The notes: generated by a model not told the origin, from the letters alone. A stretch of DNA of 64,000 bases from Chloroflexota bacterium (GCA_016197225.1 JACPWC010000071.1:14217-78216), one strand, 5' to 3'; shown: positions 52,727-61,360, counted from the stretch's first letter. Made by a program: numbers and translations.

Positions 52727-54715
52727 ATGAAAAAAGTATTGACAACACTGTTAGCGCTGGTCACCCTGCTGGTGGCCTGCAGTGGCGGCAAGCCGGCCGC
52801 CACCCCGGCCACGAGCGGCCTGCCCGCCGACGCGGCGGCCATTGCCGCCGCCCGTGGCCTGACCCAGGACGACATCGCTGCCGCCCTCAAGACCTACACC
52901 CCCTCCGGCCAGCTCGACCCCTACATCATGTTCGCTTCGGGCGGGCAGGGCGGCCAGGTGCTGGCCATTGGCGTGCCGTCCATGCGCATCCTCAAGCTCA
53001 TCGGCGTTTTCACCCCCGAACCCTGGCAAGGCTACGGTTTCGGCGGGTCGAGCGACAAGGTCATCGAGGGCGGCTACATGCCGAACGGCGATGAACTCAA
53101 GTGGGGCGACACTCATCACCCCAACCTGTCGGAGACCAAAGGTGAGTACGACGGGCAGTTCCTCTTCATCAACGACAAGGCCAACGCCCGCCTGGCGGTG
53201 ATTGACCTGCGCGACTTCGAGACCAAGCAGATCATCAAAAACCCCAACGCCATCAACGACCACGGCGGCGCGTTCGTCACCCCCAACACCGAGTACGTCA
53301 TCGAAGGCCCGCAATATGCCGCCCCGCTCGGCTTTGAGTATGCGCCCATTGACGAGTATCAGAACAAGTATCGCGGCCTGATCACCTTCTGGAAATTTGA
53401 CCGGGCCAAGGGCCGGGTGGACGAATCCCAGTCCTTCCAGATTGAACTGCCGCCCTACTGGCAAGACCTGTGCGACGCCGGCAAAGGCGTGAGCGAGGGC
53501 TGGTTCTTCTGCAACTCGTTCAACACCGAATTGGCCACCGGCGGCGTGGAACTGGGCAACCCGGCCTTCGAGGCCGGCACGACCAAGAACGACGTGGACT
53601 ATCTGCACATCGTGGACTGGAAGAAGGCCGAGCAGGTCTTCAAGGGCGGGGACGTAGAAAAGCTGAACGGGATCGCCGTCATCAGCATGGAGACCGCCAT
53701 CAAGGAAAACATCCTCTACTTCGCCCCCGAGCCGAAGAGTCCGCACGGCGCGGACGTGACCCCCGGCGGCGAGTTCATCGTCGTCGGCGGCAAGCTCGAC
53801 CCGCACGTGACGATCTACTCCTTCGACAAGATCAAGGCCGCCATCGAAGCCGGCGGTTTGGAGACCGACTCCTACGGCGTCCCCGTCATCCCGCTCGACA
53901 AGGTGATGGAAGCCCAGGTTGAACTCGGCCTCGGCCCGCTTCACACCGTCTACGACGACAAGGGTTACGCCTACACCTCGCTCTTCCTGGACTCGGCGGT
54001 GGCCCGCTGGACTCTCGGCGGCCCGTACGCCGACAAGCACCCTGAAGAACCGTGGACGCTCGTCCAGAAACTGCCCGTGCAATACAACATCGGCCACATC
54101 GCGGCGGCAGAAGGCGACACCGCCTCGCCCGATGGCGGCTACGTAGTGGCCCTCAACAAGTGGAGCATTGACCGCTTCGCCAACGTCGGGCCGCTCCTGC
54201 CGCAAAACTTCCAACTGGTGGACATCGCCCAGACCGGCGATCAGATGAAAGTGATCTACGACATGCCCATCGGCATGGCCGAGCCGCACTACGCTCAGAT
54301 CATCAAGGCCGACAAACTGCACCCATTCGAGGTCTACCCCGAAATTGGTTGGAACCCGGAGACGATGAGCGTTGACCCGAACGCCATCACCGACGCGGCC
54401 CAGGCCCGGGTGGAACGCAACGGCAACAACGTTGAAATCTGGACGGCAGTCGTGCGGTCTCACTACACGCCAGAGCACGTTGAAGTCAACAAAGGTGATC
54501 ACGTGGTCTGGCACTTCACCAGCCTTGAGCGCCAGCGCGACGCGACACACGGCTTTGGCCTCTCCGGCTACAACATTAATCTCAGCCTTGAGCCAGGCGA
54601 AGCACAGACCATTGAGTTCGACGCCAACAAGGCCGGCACCTTCACCTTCTACTGCACCGAGTTCTGCTCGGCCCTGCATCTGGAGATGATCGGGTACTTC
54701 TTAGTCAAACCGTAA
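52727..54715 (+). CDS. nosZ: nitrous-oxide reductase, Sec/lipoprotein-type (clade II-like)
   Basis: The C-terminal CuA site is FYCTEFCSALHLEMIGYF. Seven-bladed-propeller His-rich blocks are present (e.g. GDTHHP, NDHGGAF). The N-terminus MKKVLTTLLALVTLLVACSGG carries a lipobox and no twin-arginine motif. Confidence 0.9.
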   Translation: MKKVLTTLLALVTLLVACSGGKPAATPATSGLPADAAAIAAARGLTQDDIAAALKTYTPSGQLDPYIMFASGGQGGQVLAIGVPSMRILKLIGVFTPEPWQGYGFGGSSDKVIEGGYMPNGDELKWGDTHHPNLSETKGEYDGQFLFINDKANARLAVIDLRDFETKQIIKNPNAINDHGGAFVTPNTEYVIEGPQYAAPLGFEYAPIDEYQNKYRGLITFWKFDRAKGRVDESQSFQIELPPYWQDLCDAGKGVSEGWFFCNSFNTELATGGVELGNPAFEAGTTKNDVDYLHIVDWKKAEQVFKGGDVEKLNGIAVISMETAIKENILYFAPEPKSPHGADVTPGGEFIVVGGKLDPHVTIYSFDKIKAAIEAGGLETDSYGVPVIPLDKVMEAQVELGLGPLHTVYDDKGYAYTSLFLDSAVARWTLGGPYADKHPEEPWTLVQKLPVQYNIGHIAAAEGDTASPDGGYVVALNKWSIDRFANVGPLLPQNFQLVDIAQTGDQMKVIYDMPIGMAEPHYAQIIKADKLHPFEVYPEIGWNPETMSVDPNAITDAAQARVERNGNNVEIWTAVVRSHYTPEHVEVNKGDHVVWHFTSLERQRDATHGFGLSGYNINLSLEPGEAQTIEFDANKAGTFTFYCTEFCSALHLEMIGYFLVKP

Positions 54716-54738
54716 TCAGAGCCGAAGACATGGAGATC

Positions 54739-54772
54739 GGGAGACAAGGAGATTAACTTCTCCTTGTCTCCC
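54739..54772 (+). other. perfect 14-bp stem-loop just after nosZ, with no T-run
   Basis: gggagacaaggaga-ttaact-tctccttgtctccc. It could act as an RNA-stabilising or attenuating hairpin between nosZ and the next gene. Confidence 0.55.
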
Positions 54773-54806
54773 CTGCTCCCCTACTCCCTGTCTCACGAGT
54801 AAACCC

Positions 54807-55499
54807 ATGAAGCAGTTCTTCTCCCTCGACCCCGACGTCAAAGTCCTCCTCCCCGACGGCAGTACCCGCCGCCTGACGGATTATCTTTTCCCCAGCGCCC
54901 TGCTCATGCTGGCCGCGTTGATGCTGATGATCTCGATGTTCCTGCCCTACTGGAGCATGACGATGACAGCCCCGCAGTATCCCAAAGGCCTGAAGGTGGA
55001 TGTGTACGTCAATCATCTCGAGGGCGACATGCGCGAGATTGACGAACTCAATCACTACCTGGGCCTGCCGCCGCTCGACGAGGGCGGCCAGTTTGAACGC
55101 TCGATCTCCATTTTCTCGATTGTGGCCCTCGGCCTGCTGTTGATCGCCGGAGTGTTCATTCACAATCAATGGGCCGGCGTGCTGGCCCTGCCCGTCCTCG
55201 GTTTCCCCGTCGTCTTCGTGGCCGACCTCTGGTACATCCTTTATCACTACGGTCACAGCATTGACCCCGACTCGGCGCTGGGCGACGCTATCCAGCCTTT
55301 CACCCCGCCCATCATCGGCATTGGCAAAGTCGCCCAGTTCGGCACTGTCGCCAATTTCACCGCCGGCTTCTACCTGGCGATTGCCGCCATCGTCGTGATG
55401 CTCGTCGGCCTGTGGTTCCACCGCGCCGCCTACAAACCGATTGTGGACGCCCGCAAGAAAGTGGGCAGTGATCAGTTGCCAGTTATCAGTAATTCGTGA
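54807..55499 (+). CDS. integral membrane protein in the nosB position of clade II nos clusters
   Basis: 230 aa with four or more hydrophobic helices, located directly between nosZ and nosD. The family assignment rests on position only. Confidence 0.5.
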   Translation: MKQFFSLDPDVKVLLPDGSTRRLTDYLFPSALLMLAALMLMISMFLPYWSMTMTAPQYPKGLKVDVYVNHLEGDMREIDELNHYLGLPPLDEGGQFERSISIFSIVALGLLLIAGVFIHNQWAGVLALPVLGFPVVFVADLWYILYHYGHSIDPDSALGDAIQPFTPPIIGIGKVAQFGTVANFTAGFYLAIAAIVVMLVGLWFHRAAYKPIVDARKKVGSDQLPVISNS

Positions 55500-55518
55500 G
55501 CGACAAGTGAGTCGAGCA

Positions 55519-57906
55519 ATGAAACTGTCTATGCCGGGAATCATGGGGGTCGTGTTGGCAATATTGCTTGGCGCGTTGCCAACTACAGCGGCTCCGTCTG
55601 CCACTGATCACTCTTCACTGTTCACTGATCACTTGATTGTTTCCCCCTCCGGCCCCTACACCACCATTGAAGCCGCCCTGGCCGACGCCGGCGACGGCGA
55701 CACCGTCGAAGTTCACGGCGGCGCGTACCCGGCACTCGTGATCGCAAAATCGGTGACGCTGGTTGGGGTGGATTGGCCGGTGATTGACGGCGGCGGACAG
55801 GGCACGGTCGTCATGCTCAACGCGCCCGGCATCGTCTTCAAAGGGTTCCATGTGCGCGGCAGCGGCGTCGAGCCGGATCGCGACCACGCCGGCATCACCC
55901 TCACCGCGCCGGATATCACGGTTGAAGGCAATCGTTTGAGCGACGTGCTCTTTGGCGTCTTCGTCGAGCAGGCCGACGGGGCTGTGGTGCGCGGCAACGA
56001 CATTGCCAGCAAAGCCCAGTACGACTCGGGCCGCAAAGGCGACGGCATTCGGGTCTGGTACAGCAAGGATGTCATCGTCGAAGGCAACCACGTTCACGAC
56101 GCCCGCGACGTGGTGTTGTGGTACGCCGAAAACATCGTCGTGCGCGACAACCTCATCGAAGGCGGGCGCTACGGCCTGCATCTGATGTACTGCAACAACT
56201 CGCAGGTGGAAGGCAACCGGGTGCTGAACAACTCGGTGGGCGTTTACACCATGTACTCCAGCAACGTGATCCTGCGCGACAACGACATTCGCGGCCAGCG
56301 CGGGCCGAGCGGTTACGCCCTCGGCTTCAAAGACGCCGACTTTGTCGAAGTGACCGGCAACGTGGTGGTGGACAACCGCGCCGGAATTTTCGTGGACGGC
56401 ACGCCATTCAACCCCCAAAGCTGGGGCCGCTTCACCGACAACATTTTCGCCTTCAACGACGTGGGGGCGATCCTGCTCACTGCCGTGCGCGGCAACACGT
56501 TTGAGAACAACACCTTCTGGGAGAACGTGGAACAGGTTGCACAGCAGGGCGGTGGCCACCCCGGCGAAAATGTCTGGCGGGGCAACTACTGGAGCGATTA
56601 TGCCGGTTTCGACGTTGACGGCGACAACCTGGGCGAGTCGCCTTACACCTCCGAACGTTTCTTTGAAAGCCTGACCGATCGCGAGCCGATGTTGCGCGCT
56701 CTCATCTACAGCCCGGCGGCGCAAACCATCGAGTTCGCCGCGTCCTCATTTCCCATTATCAAGCCCCAACCCAAATTAGTGGATGAGTCGCCGCGCCTGC
56801 AACCCGCAATCATTCCGGCCTCGGCCATCGCCCCGAAGAAACCGGCCCTGCCCATGACTCTGCTGGGGGTCGCTATATTTGCCGTTGGCATCCTGTTCGG
56901 CGCTTTGGCTTTTATGAACCGCAAAGAAAACACAAAAGGGCATCACCCTATGGCAACTCAAACCCCACCCGAAACCGCTGTGCGCGTTGAGGGCCTGATC
57001 AAACGCTACGGCAAGACGGCGGCCCTGAACGGCGTTTCGTTCACGGCCCGCCCCGGCGAGGCGCTGGCCCTGTGGGGCGAAAACGGCGCCGGCAAGACTA
57101 CCCTAATCAAAGCCCTGCTCGGCCTCATCGAGTTTGAAGGCGACGTTTCCATTCAGGGCTGTGATGTGCGTCGGAACGGCAAGGCCGCCCGCCGCAACAT
57201 CGGCTACGTGCCACAAGAGGCGATCTTTTATGATATGACCGTTCAGGCGACGATGGAGTTTTATGCCCGGTTGAAAGAAAGAAAAGAGATGAGAGATGAG
57301 AGATTGGAGATTGAGCAATCTCTCGTCTCTCATCTCTCATCTCCCATAGAACGTATTCCGGCCTTGCTCGAACGCCTCGGCCTGAGCGAGCACGCTCGTA
57401 AACCCGTGCCCGCCCTCTCCGGCGGCCTCAAGCAACGGCTGGCGCTGGCGGTGGCTCTGCTGTCCGACCCGCCCGTGCTTCTGCTCGACGAGCCGACGGC
57501 CAACCTCGACGCTAAAGCGCGGCGCGACTACCTGGCTCTGTTGGGGACGCTTCGCAAAGAGAAGAAGACCATCATCTTCGCCTCGCACCGCATCGAAGAA
57601 GTGGAAACGCTGGCCGACCGGGTGGTCGTCATGGAGGCCGGTCGGGTGGTTGAGACGCTCAACCCCGGCGAAGTCCGTTTGCGGCTCGCGCCGGATGTTG
57701 AACTCACCCTGTGGGTCGCCGATGGCGAACGTCCCCGCGCCCTGGCCTGCTTTGAGAGCAACGGCCTCAACGCTCACCTTAACGGGCGCGGAACCGTCGT
57801 CGTCCGTGTAGACCCGCAAAACAAATTGCAACCCCTGAGCCTGCTGGCCGAGCAGGGCATCTCGGTGCTGGACTTTGAAGTGGAGCGAGGCCGTTTGTGG
57901 AATTGA
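55519..57906 (+). CDS. nosD/nosF: apparent NosD - TM helix - NosF fusion (periplasmic beta-helix copper-insertion protein fused to the ABC ATPase)
   Basis: The signal peptide is MKLSMPGIMGVVLAILLGALPTTAAP. Parallel-beta-helix repeats follow (GNRLSDVLFGVFV, GNHVHDARDVVLWY, GNRVLNNSVGVYT, GNVVVDNRAGIFV). The TM helix is LPMTLLGVAIFAVGILFGALAFM. ABC motifs are GENGAGKTT, LSGGLKQRL and LLLDEPTANLD. No stop codon separates the two parts. Confidence 0.75.
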   Translation: MKLSMPGIMGVVLAILLGALPTTAAPSATDHSSLFTDHLIVSPSGPYTTIEAALADAGDGDTVEVHGGAYPALVIAKSVTLVGVDWPVIDGGGQGTVVMLNAPGIVFKGFHVRGSGVEPDRDHAGITLTAPDITVEGNRLSDVLFGVFVEQADGAVVRGNDIASKAQYDSGRKGDGIRVWYSKDVIVEGNHVHDARDVVLWYAENIVVRDNLIEGGRYGLHLMYCNNSQVEGNRVLNNSVGVYTMYSSNVILRDNDIRGQRGPSGYALGFKDADFVEVTGNVVVDNRAGIFVDGTPFNPQSWGRFTDNIFAFNDVGAILLTAVRGNTFENNTFWENVEQVAQQGGGHPGENVWRGNYWSDYAGFDVDGDNLGESPYTSERFFESLTDREPMLRALIYSPAAQTIEFAASSFPIIKPQPKLVDESPRLQPAIIPASAIAPKKPALPMTLLGVAIFAVGILFGALAFMNRKENTKGHHPMATQTPPETAVRVEGLIKRYGKTAALNGVSFTARPGEALALWGENGAGKTTLIKALLGLIEFEGDVSIQGCDVRRNGKAARRNIGYVPQEAIFYDMTVQATMEFYARLKERKEMRDERLEIEQSLVSHLSSPIERIPALLERLGLSEHARKPVPALSGGLKQRLALAVALLSDPPVLLLDEPTANLDAKARRDYLALLGTLRKEKKTIIFASHRIEEVETLADRVVVMEAGRVVETLNPGEVRLRLAPDVELTLWVADGERPRALACFESNGLNAHLNGRGTVVVRVDPQNKLQPLSLLAEQGISVLDFEVERGRLWN
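57286..57343. repeat. 28-nt imperfect inverted repeat (GAGATGA/GGAGATT heptamers) embedded in frame in the NosF ATPase region
   Basis: The arms gagatgagagatgagagattggagattg (57286-57313) and caatctctcgtctctcatctctcatctc (57316-57343) are complementary at 25/28 by hand alignment. They encode EMRDERLEIEQSLVSHLSS. Confidence 0.85.
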
Positions 57907-57975
57907 GGGGACGCAGATGAACGCAGATGAACACAGATTTGGAATCACGATCCGTGTGCATCGGTGAAAATCCGT
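57905..57975. repeat. CGCAGATGAA-type repeat element
   Basis: gaggggacgcagatgaacgcagatgaacacagatttggaatcacgatccgtgtgcatcggtgaaaatccgtgcc. It is related to the CGCAGAT arrays at 40850-40918. Confidence 0.6.
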
Positions 57976-57985
57976 GCCTGAAAAA

Positions 57986-58813
57986 ATGGAATTGACACTG
58001 CTCTGGACGATTGCTCAACGTGAACTGCGCGAGAGCTTGCGCAACAAGTGGCTGGCCTTTTACGCCGTCGGTTTTGCGGCGCTGGCCTTTGCCCTCTCGC
58101 AAGCCAGCCAGGCCTCCGCCGGCTATAGCGGCCTCGGCGGCTTTGGTCGCACCGCCGCCAGCCTCGTCAACGCCCTCCTGCTCTTCGTGCCACTGCTCGG
58201 CCTCAGCGTGGGCGCGGGCGCGCTGGCCGGAGATCGCGAACGGGGAACCTTGATGTACCTGCTGGCCCAGCCGGTGAATCGCGCCGAAGTATTCTTTGGC
58301 AAAGCATTAGGGGCCGGGTTGGCCGTCACTGCCGCCCTGGCCGTCGGCTTCGGGTTGGCGGCCATTGCCCTGTCGTCAACCGGCGACGGCGACCCCTCAG
58401 TCTTTCTCGCCCTCACCGGCTACACCGTCCTGCTGGCGCTGGCCTCGCTGGGCTTCGGCTTCGTCATCAGCGCCCTCACTCGCAAAAGCGCAACAGCCGT
58501 CGGCGCTTCGCTGTTACTGTGGCTGGGGCTGGTCTTCTTCGGCGACCTGAGTGTGGTGGGCGCAACCCTGACTCTGCGCCCAACCCCGGCCATGCTCCTC
58601 AGCATGTTGCTCGTTAACCCTCTGCAAGCCTTCAAGCTGGGCGCGATCTACAGTCTGCGAGCCACGCTCGACACGCTGGGCGCGGCCGGCCAATATGCCA
58701 CGTACCGCTTCGGCGAAAGCCTGCCCTTCCTGCTCGCCGGCCTGCTTCTTGCCTGGATCGTTCTCTCATTCGGCATTGCCTTTGCCACCTTCAGCCGTCG
58801 AGGCGACTTATGA
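57986..58813 (+). CDS. nosY: ABC-2-type permease NosY
   Basis: Six predicted TM helices and a position after the nosF module. The N-terminus ELTLLWTIAQRELRESLRNKW is typical of ABC-2 permeases. GTG 57974 is an alternative start. Confidence 0.8.
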   Translation: MELTLLWTIAQRELRESLRNKWLAFYAVGFAALAFALSQASQASAGYSGLGGFGRTAASLVNALLLFVPLLGLSVGAGALAGDRERGTLMYLLAQPVNRAEVFFGKALGAGLAVTAALAVGFGLAAIALSSTGDGDPSVFLALTGYTVLLALASLGFGFVISALTRKSATAVGASLLLWLGLVFFGDLSVVGATLTLRPTPAMLLSMLLVNPLQAFKLGAIYSLRATLDTLGAAGQYATYRFGESLPFLLAGLLLAWIVLSFGIAFATFSRRGDL

Positions 58814-59328
58814 AGACTGATTTTCAAGTGTCAAATGTCATAAATAACTTGTCACATTTGACGTTTGATCTTTCACGCCTCCCACTGTACTTTTTGCTGA
58901 TGGGCCTTTTGCTTTCCGCCTGTAGCTCCAATTCCAACGAACCCCAACCGCCGGAAATTCTTTACGGCCAGGACCTGTGCGACGCCTGCGGCATGATCAT
59001 TGACGACGCCCGCTTTGCCGCCGCCACCCTGCTCACCAGCGGCGAGTTCCGCAAATTCGACGAGATTGGCGACATGATGATTTATCACATGGAGCACCCG
59101 GAAGAACAGGTGCAGGCCTATTTCGTCCACGACTACAAATCTGAAGCGTGGATTCGCGGCGAGACGGCGTTCTTTGTGGAAGGCGATATCACGACTCCGA
59201 TGGGCGGCAGTATCGTCGCCTTTGAAGATCAAACCGAGGCCAAAGCTTTCGCCGCAGAAGTGAATGGCAAAGTATTCACCCTCTACGACTTGCGTGTGGA
59301 AGCTCACCTGGCCGTGCATGGAGGATAA
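58810..59328 (+). CDS. nosL: NosL copper-chaperone lipoprotein (copy 1)
   Basis: Lipobox LLSACSS, CDACGMIIDDARFAA, and FDEIGDM are NosL signatures. Confidence 0.8.
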   Translation: MKTDFQVSNVINNLSHLTFDLSRLPLYFLLMGLLLSACSSNSNEPQPPEILYGQDLCDACGMIIDDARFAAATLLTSGEFRKFDEIGDMMIYHMEHPEEQVQAYFVHDYKSEAWIRGETAFFVEGDITTPMGGSIVAFEDQTEAKAFAAEVNGKVFTLYDLRVEAHLAVHGG

Positions 59329-59337
59329 GGACTGAAA

Positions 59338-59904
59338 ATGTATCGTTGGATATGCGTCTTATTGCTTGCCGGAAGTCTGCTCACCGCCTGCGGCGGCGGG
59401 GCCGCCGCCACCCCTACAGTGGAGCCGCCGACGGCCACCCCGTTGCCGCCCACGCCCACGTCGCCGCCGCCCACCGCCACCGCCGAGCCGGCAACGCCGC
59501 CGGAGATCAACTACGGCCACGACTTCTGCGACGAGTGCAACATGATCATCGGCTACGACAAGTTCGCCGCCGCCACCATTCTCACCAGCGGCGACTCGCA
59601 CAAGTTCGACGAAGTCTCAAACATGCTCTTCTATCACCTCAAGCATCCCGACGAGCAAGTGCGGGCCTGGTTCGTTCACGACTACGCCAGCAAGACGTGG
59701 ATCAGAGGCGAAACGGCCTTCTACGTGCAAGGCGCCGCGATCATCACCCCGATGAACGACGGCATCATCGCCTTCGAGCAGGAGGCCGACGCTCAGGAAT
59801 ATGCCGTCACCAAGAACGGCGACGTCTTCACCTTTGAAGAAATCCAACTTGTTGCTCAACAACTATTGCAGGCCAAAGAAGCCACTGCCTCGCCTGCGCC
59901 CTAA
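59338..59904 (+). CDS. nosL: NosL copper-chaperone lipoprotein (copy 2, with a Pro/Thr-rich linker)
   Basis: Lipobox LLTACGGG, a PT-rich spacer, CDECNMIIGYDKFAA, and FDEVSNM. Confidence 0.8.
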   Translation: MYRWICVLLLAGSLLTACGGGAAATPTVEPPTATPLPPTPTSPPPTATAEPATPPEINYGHDFCDECNMIIGYDKFAAATILTSGDSHKFDEVSNMLFYHLKHPDEQVRAWFVHDYASKTWIRGETAFYVQGAAIITPMNDGIIAFEQEADAQEYAVTKNGDVFTFEEIQLVAQQLLQAKEATASPAP

Positions 59905-59934
59905 CCTTCAATTCAATAATTCAGGAGACCCACA

Positions 59935-60327
59935 ATGAAAGTTCGACTACTCACCATTTTTTCTCTGCTTCTCGCAGGCGCCTTGATCATCGCCGCCTGT
60001 GGCGGCGGCGGCCCGGCGGCCACCCCCACGCCCGAAGGCCCCGCCGGCGACGCCGTGGCCGGCAAAGCCAAGTTCGAAACCACCTGCACCACCTGTCACG
60101 GCCCGGATGCTAAAGGCCTGCCCGGCCTCGGCAAAGACCTGACGGCCAGCGAGTTTGCCAAAGGCCTTTCGAATCAGGAATTGGTTGACTTCCTGCTGGT
60201 TGGCCGCCCGGCGAGCGACCCGCTCAACACCACCGGCGTTGACATGCCGCCCAGAGGCGGCAACCCGGCCTTCACCGATCAAGACCTGGTTGACATCATG
60301 ACTTACATTCGCACCTTGCAACAGTAA
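59935..60327 (+). CDS. monohaem c-type cytochrome lipoprotein
   Basis: Lipobox IIAACGGG, a single CTTCHG haem motif and a distal Met region (VDMPPRGG). Confidence 0.8.
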   Translation: MKVRLLTIFSLLLAGALIIAACGGGGPAATPTPEGPAGDAVAGKAKFETTCTTCHGPDAKGLPGLGKDLTASEFAKGLSNQELVDFLLVGRPASDPLNTTGVDMPPRGGNPAFTDQDLVDIMTYIRTLQQ

Positions 60328-60359
60328 TTCTGAAAACGAAAGAGGAACGGGGAGCTGTC

Positions 60360-60623
60360 ATGGCGGAACCGAATCACCCTTTGAATCAGTGGCGAATTGA
60401 CCCGGTCACGGGCCTGCCGCTCCCCGATCCTTTTCCCGAATACATTCACTGCCCGCACTGCGGCGAGTCGGAAGTTGAGGTCTTCTGTTATCAAACCAGC
60501 GTGAAGTGCCACAACTGCGGCAAGGAGATTCCACATACGCGCCCGCCCGGTTGCGGCGCCTACCCTTTTTGCAAACGGGGCGAGCCGTCGAAGGACGAGA
60601 AGCCGCCTCAAGAAGGAGGGTGA
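60360..60623 (+). CDS. small zinc-ribbon protein (87 aa)
   Basis: CPHCGESE...CHNCGKE forms a CxxC-x16-CxxC pattern. A GAGG-like SD lies upstream. Its 3' end overlaps the convergent Crp/FNR gene by 16 nt. Confidence 0.45.
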   Translation: MAEPNHPLNQWRIDPVTGLPLPDPFPEYIHCPHCGESEVEVFCYQTSVKCHNCGKEIPHTRPPGCGAYPFCKRGEPSKDEKPPQEGG

Positions 60624-61306
60624 GCCTGTCGGCGCAATTTTTCCACGTCGGTGATGACGAGGTAGCCGCCGCGCCGGGTTTCGATCAGCCCCTGAGCGCG
60701 AAAACGGGACATGGTACGGATGGCTGTCTCCAACGTCGTTCCGGCCATGTCGGCTAAATCCTGTCGCGAAAGTGAGATGGTAATCAGAACTCCGTCGGCC
60801 TCGGCCCGGCCCACCCGGTCGGCCAGCTTGAGCAGGATGTGAGCCATGCGCCGCTCCACCTTCTCGCCGGCCAAAATCTGCAGGCCCATCATCGAGTGCA
60901 AACGCATGCCCAACATGCGGATGAGTTTGAGCGTTGTGGCGGGTTGCGTGGTTAGAAACTGAGCATACGCGGCGCTGGGCAGGCTCACCGTTTCCACCTC
61001 GTCCATAGCTTTGGCCGTGGCCGGGTGGCGGGGCATGAACAGCACCGCGCCGCCAAAGACCTCGCCCGGCGAGATCATTTCCAGAATCACCTCGCGCCCG
61101 GCGTCTTCGTGATAGACGATCTTCACCCGGCCCTGCCGCACCAGCCACACCCGGTCGCACTCATCGCCCTGATAAAAGATGGCCGCCTCGCGCTCGAAAT
61201 GATCGACGCGGGCCTGACCGGCTAGCGAGGCCAGGTCTTGTTCGACAAGATCGGCAAACAACGGCAGTCGCCGGAGCAGTTCGATAATCTGGGAAGCGGC
61301 CAGCAT
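60608..61306 (-). CDS. Crp/FNR-family transcriptional regulator
   Basis: An N-terminal cNMP-binding-like barrel (FYQGDECDRVWLVRQGRVKIV...GEVFGG) and a C-terminal HTH (SRQDLADMAGTTLETAIRTMSRF). Confidence 0.85.
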   Translation of the reverse strand: MLAASQIIELLRRLPLFADLVEQDLASLAGQARVDHFEREAAIFYQGDECDRVWLVRQGRVKIVYHEDAGREVILEMISPGEVFGGAVLFMPRHPATAKAMDEVETVSLPSAAYAQFLTTQPATTLKLIRMLGMRLHSMMGLQILAGEKVERRMAHILLKLADRVGRAEADGVLITISLSRQDLADMAGTTLETAIRTMSRFRAQGLIETRRGGYLVITDVEKLRRQAHPPS

Positions 61307-61360
61307 ACGGATGTAAAGCGATTATATCGCATCAGCCCTCACAACAGCCCGGAGCCTTTC

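Noticed and set aside
52751-54679. A 642-aa ORF antisense to nosZ. Similar long antisense or alternate-frame ORFs occur elsewhere (e.g. 119-820, 3964-4923, 7392-8693, 15354-16253, 30566-32026, 37057-37953, 55615-56724, 21753-22634).
   Set aside because: Each lies opposite a gene with clear family motifs. Their translations are Arg/Gly/Ala/Val-rich and low in complexity, as expected for stop-poor antisense frames of GC-rich DNA. None shows a recognisable domain.
56850-56960. Treating nosD and nosF as two separate genes with an unannotated boundary.
   Set aside because: No stop codon exists between the domains in the given sequence, so a fusion is what the sequence shows. A sequencing error or an additional internal start cannot be excluded, and this is flagged in the finding.
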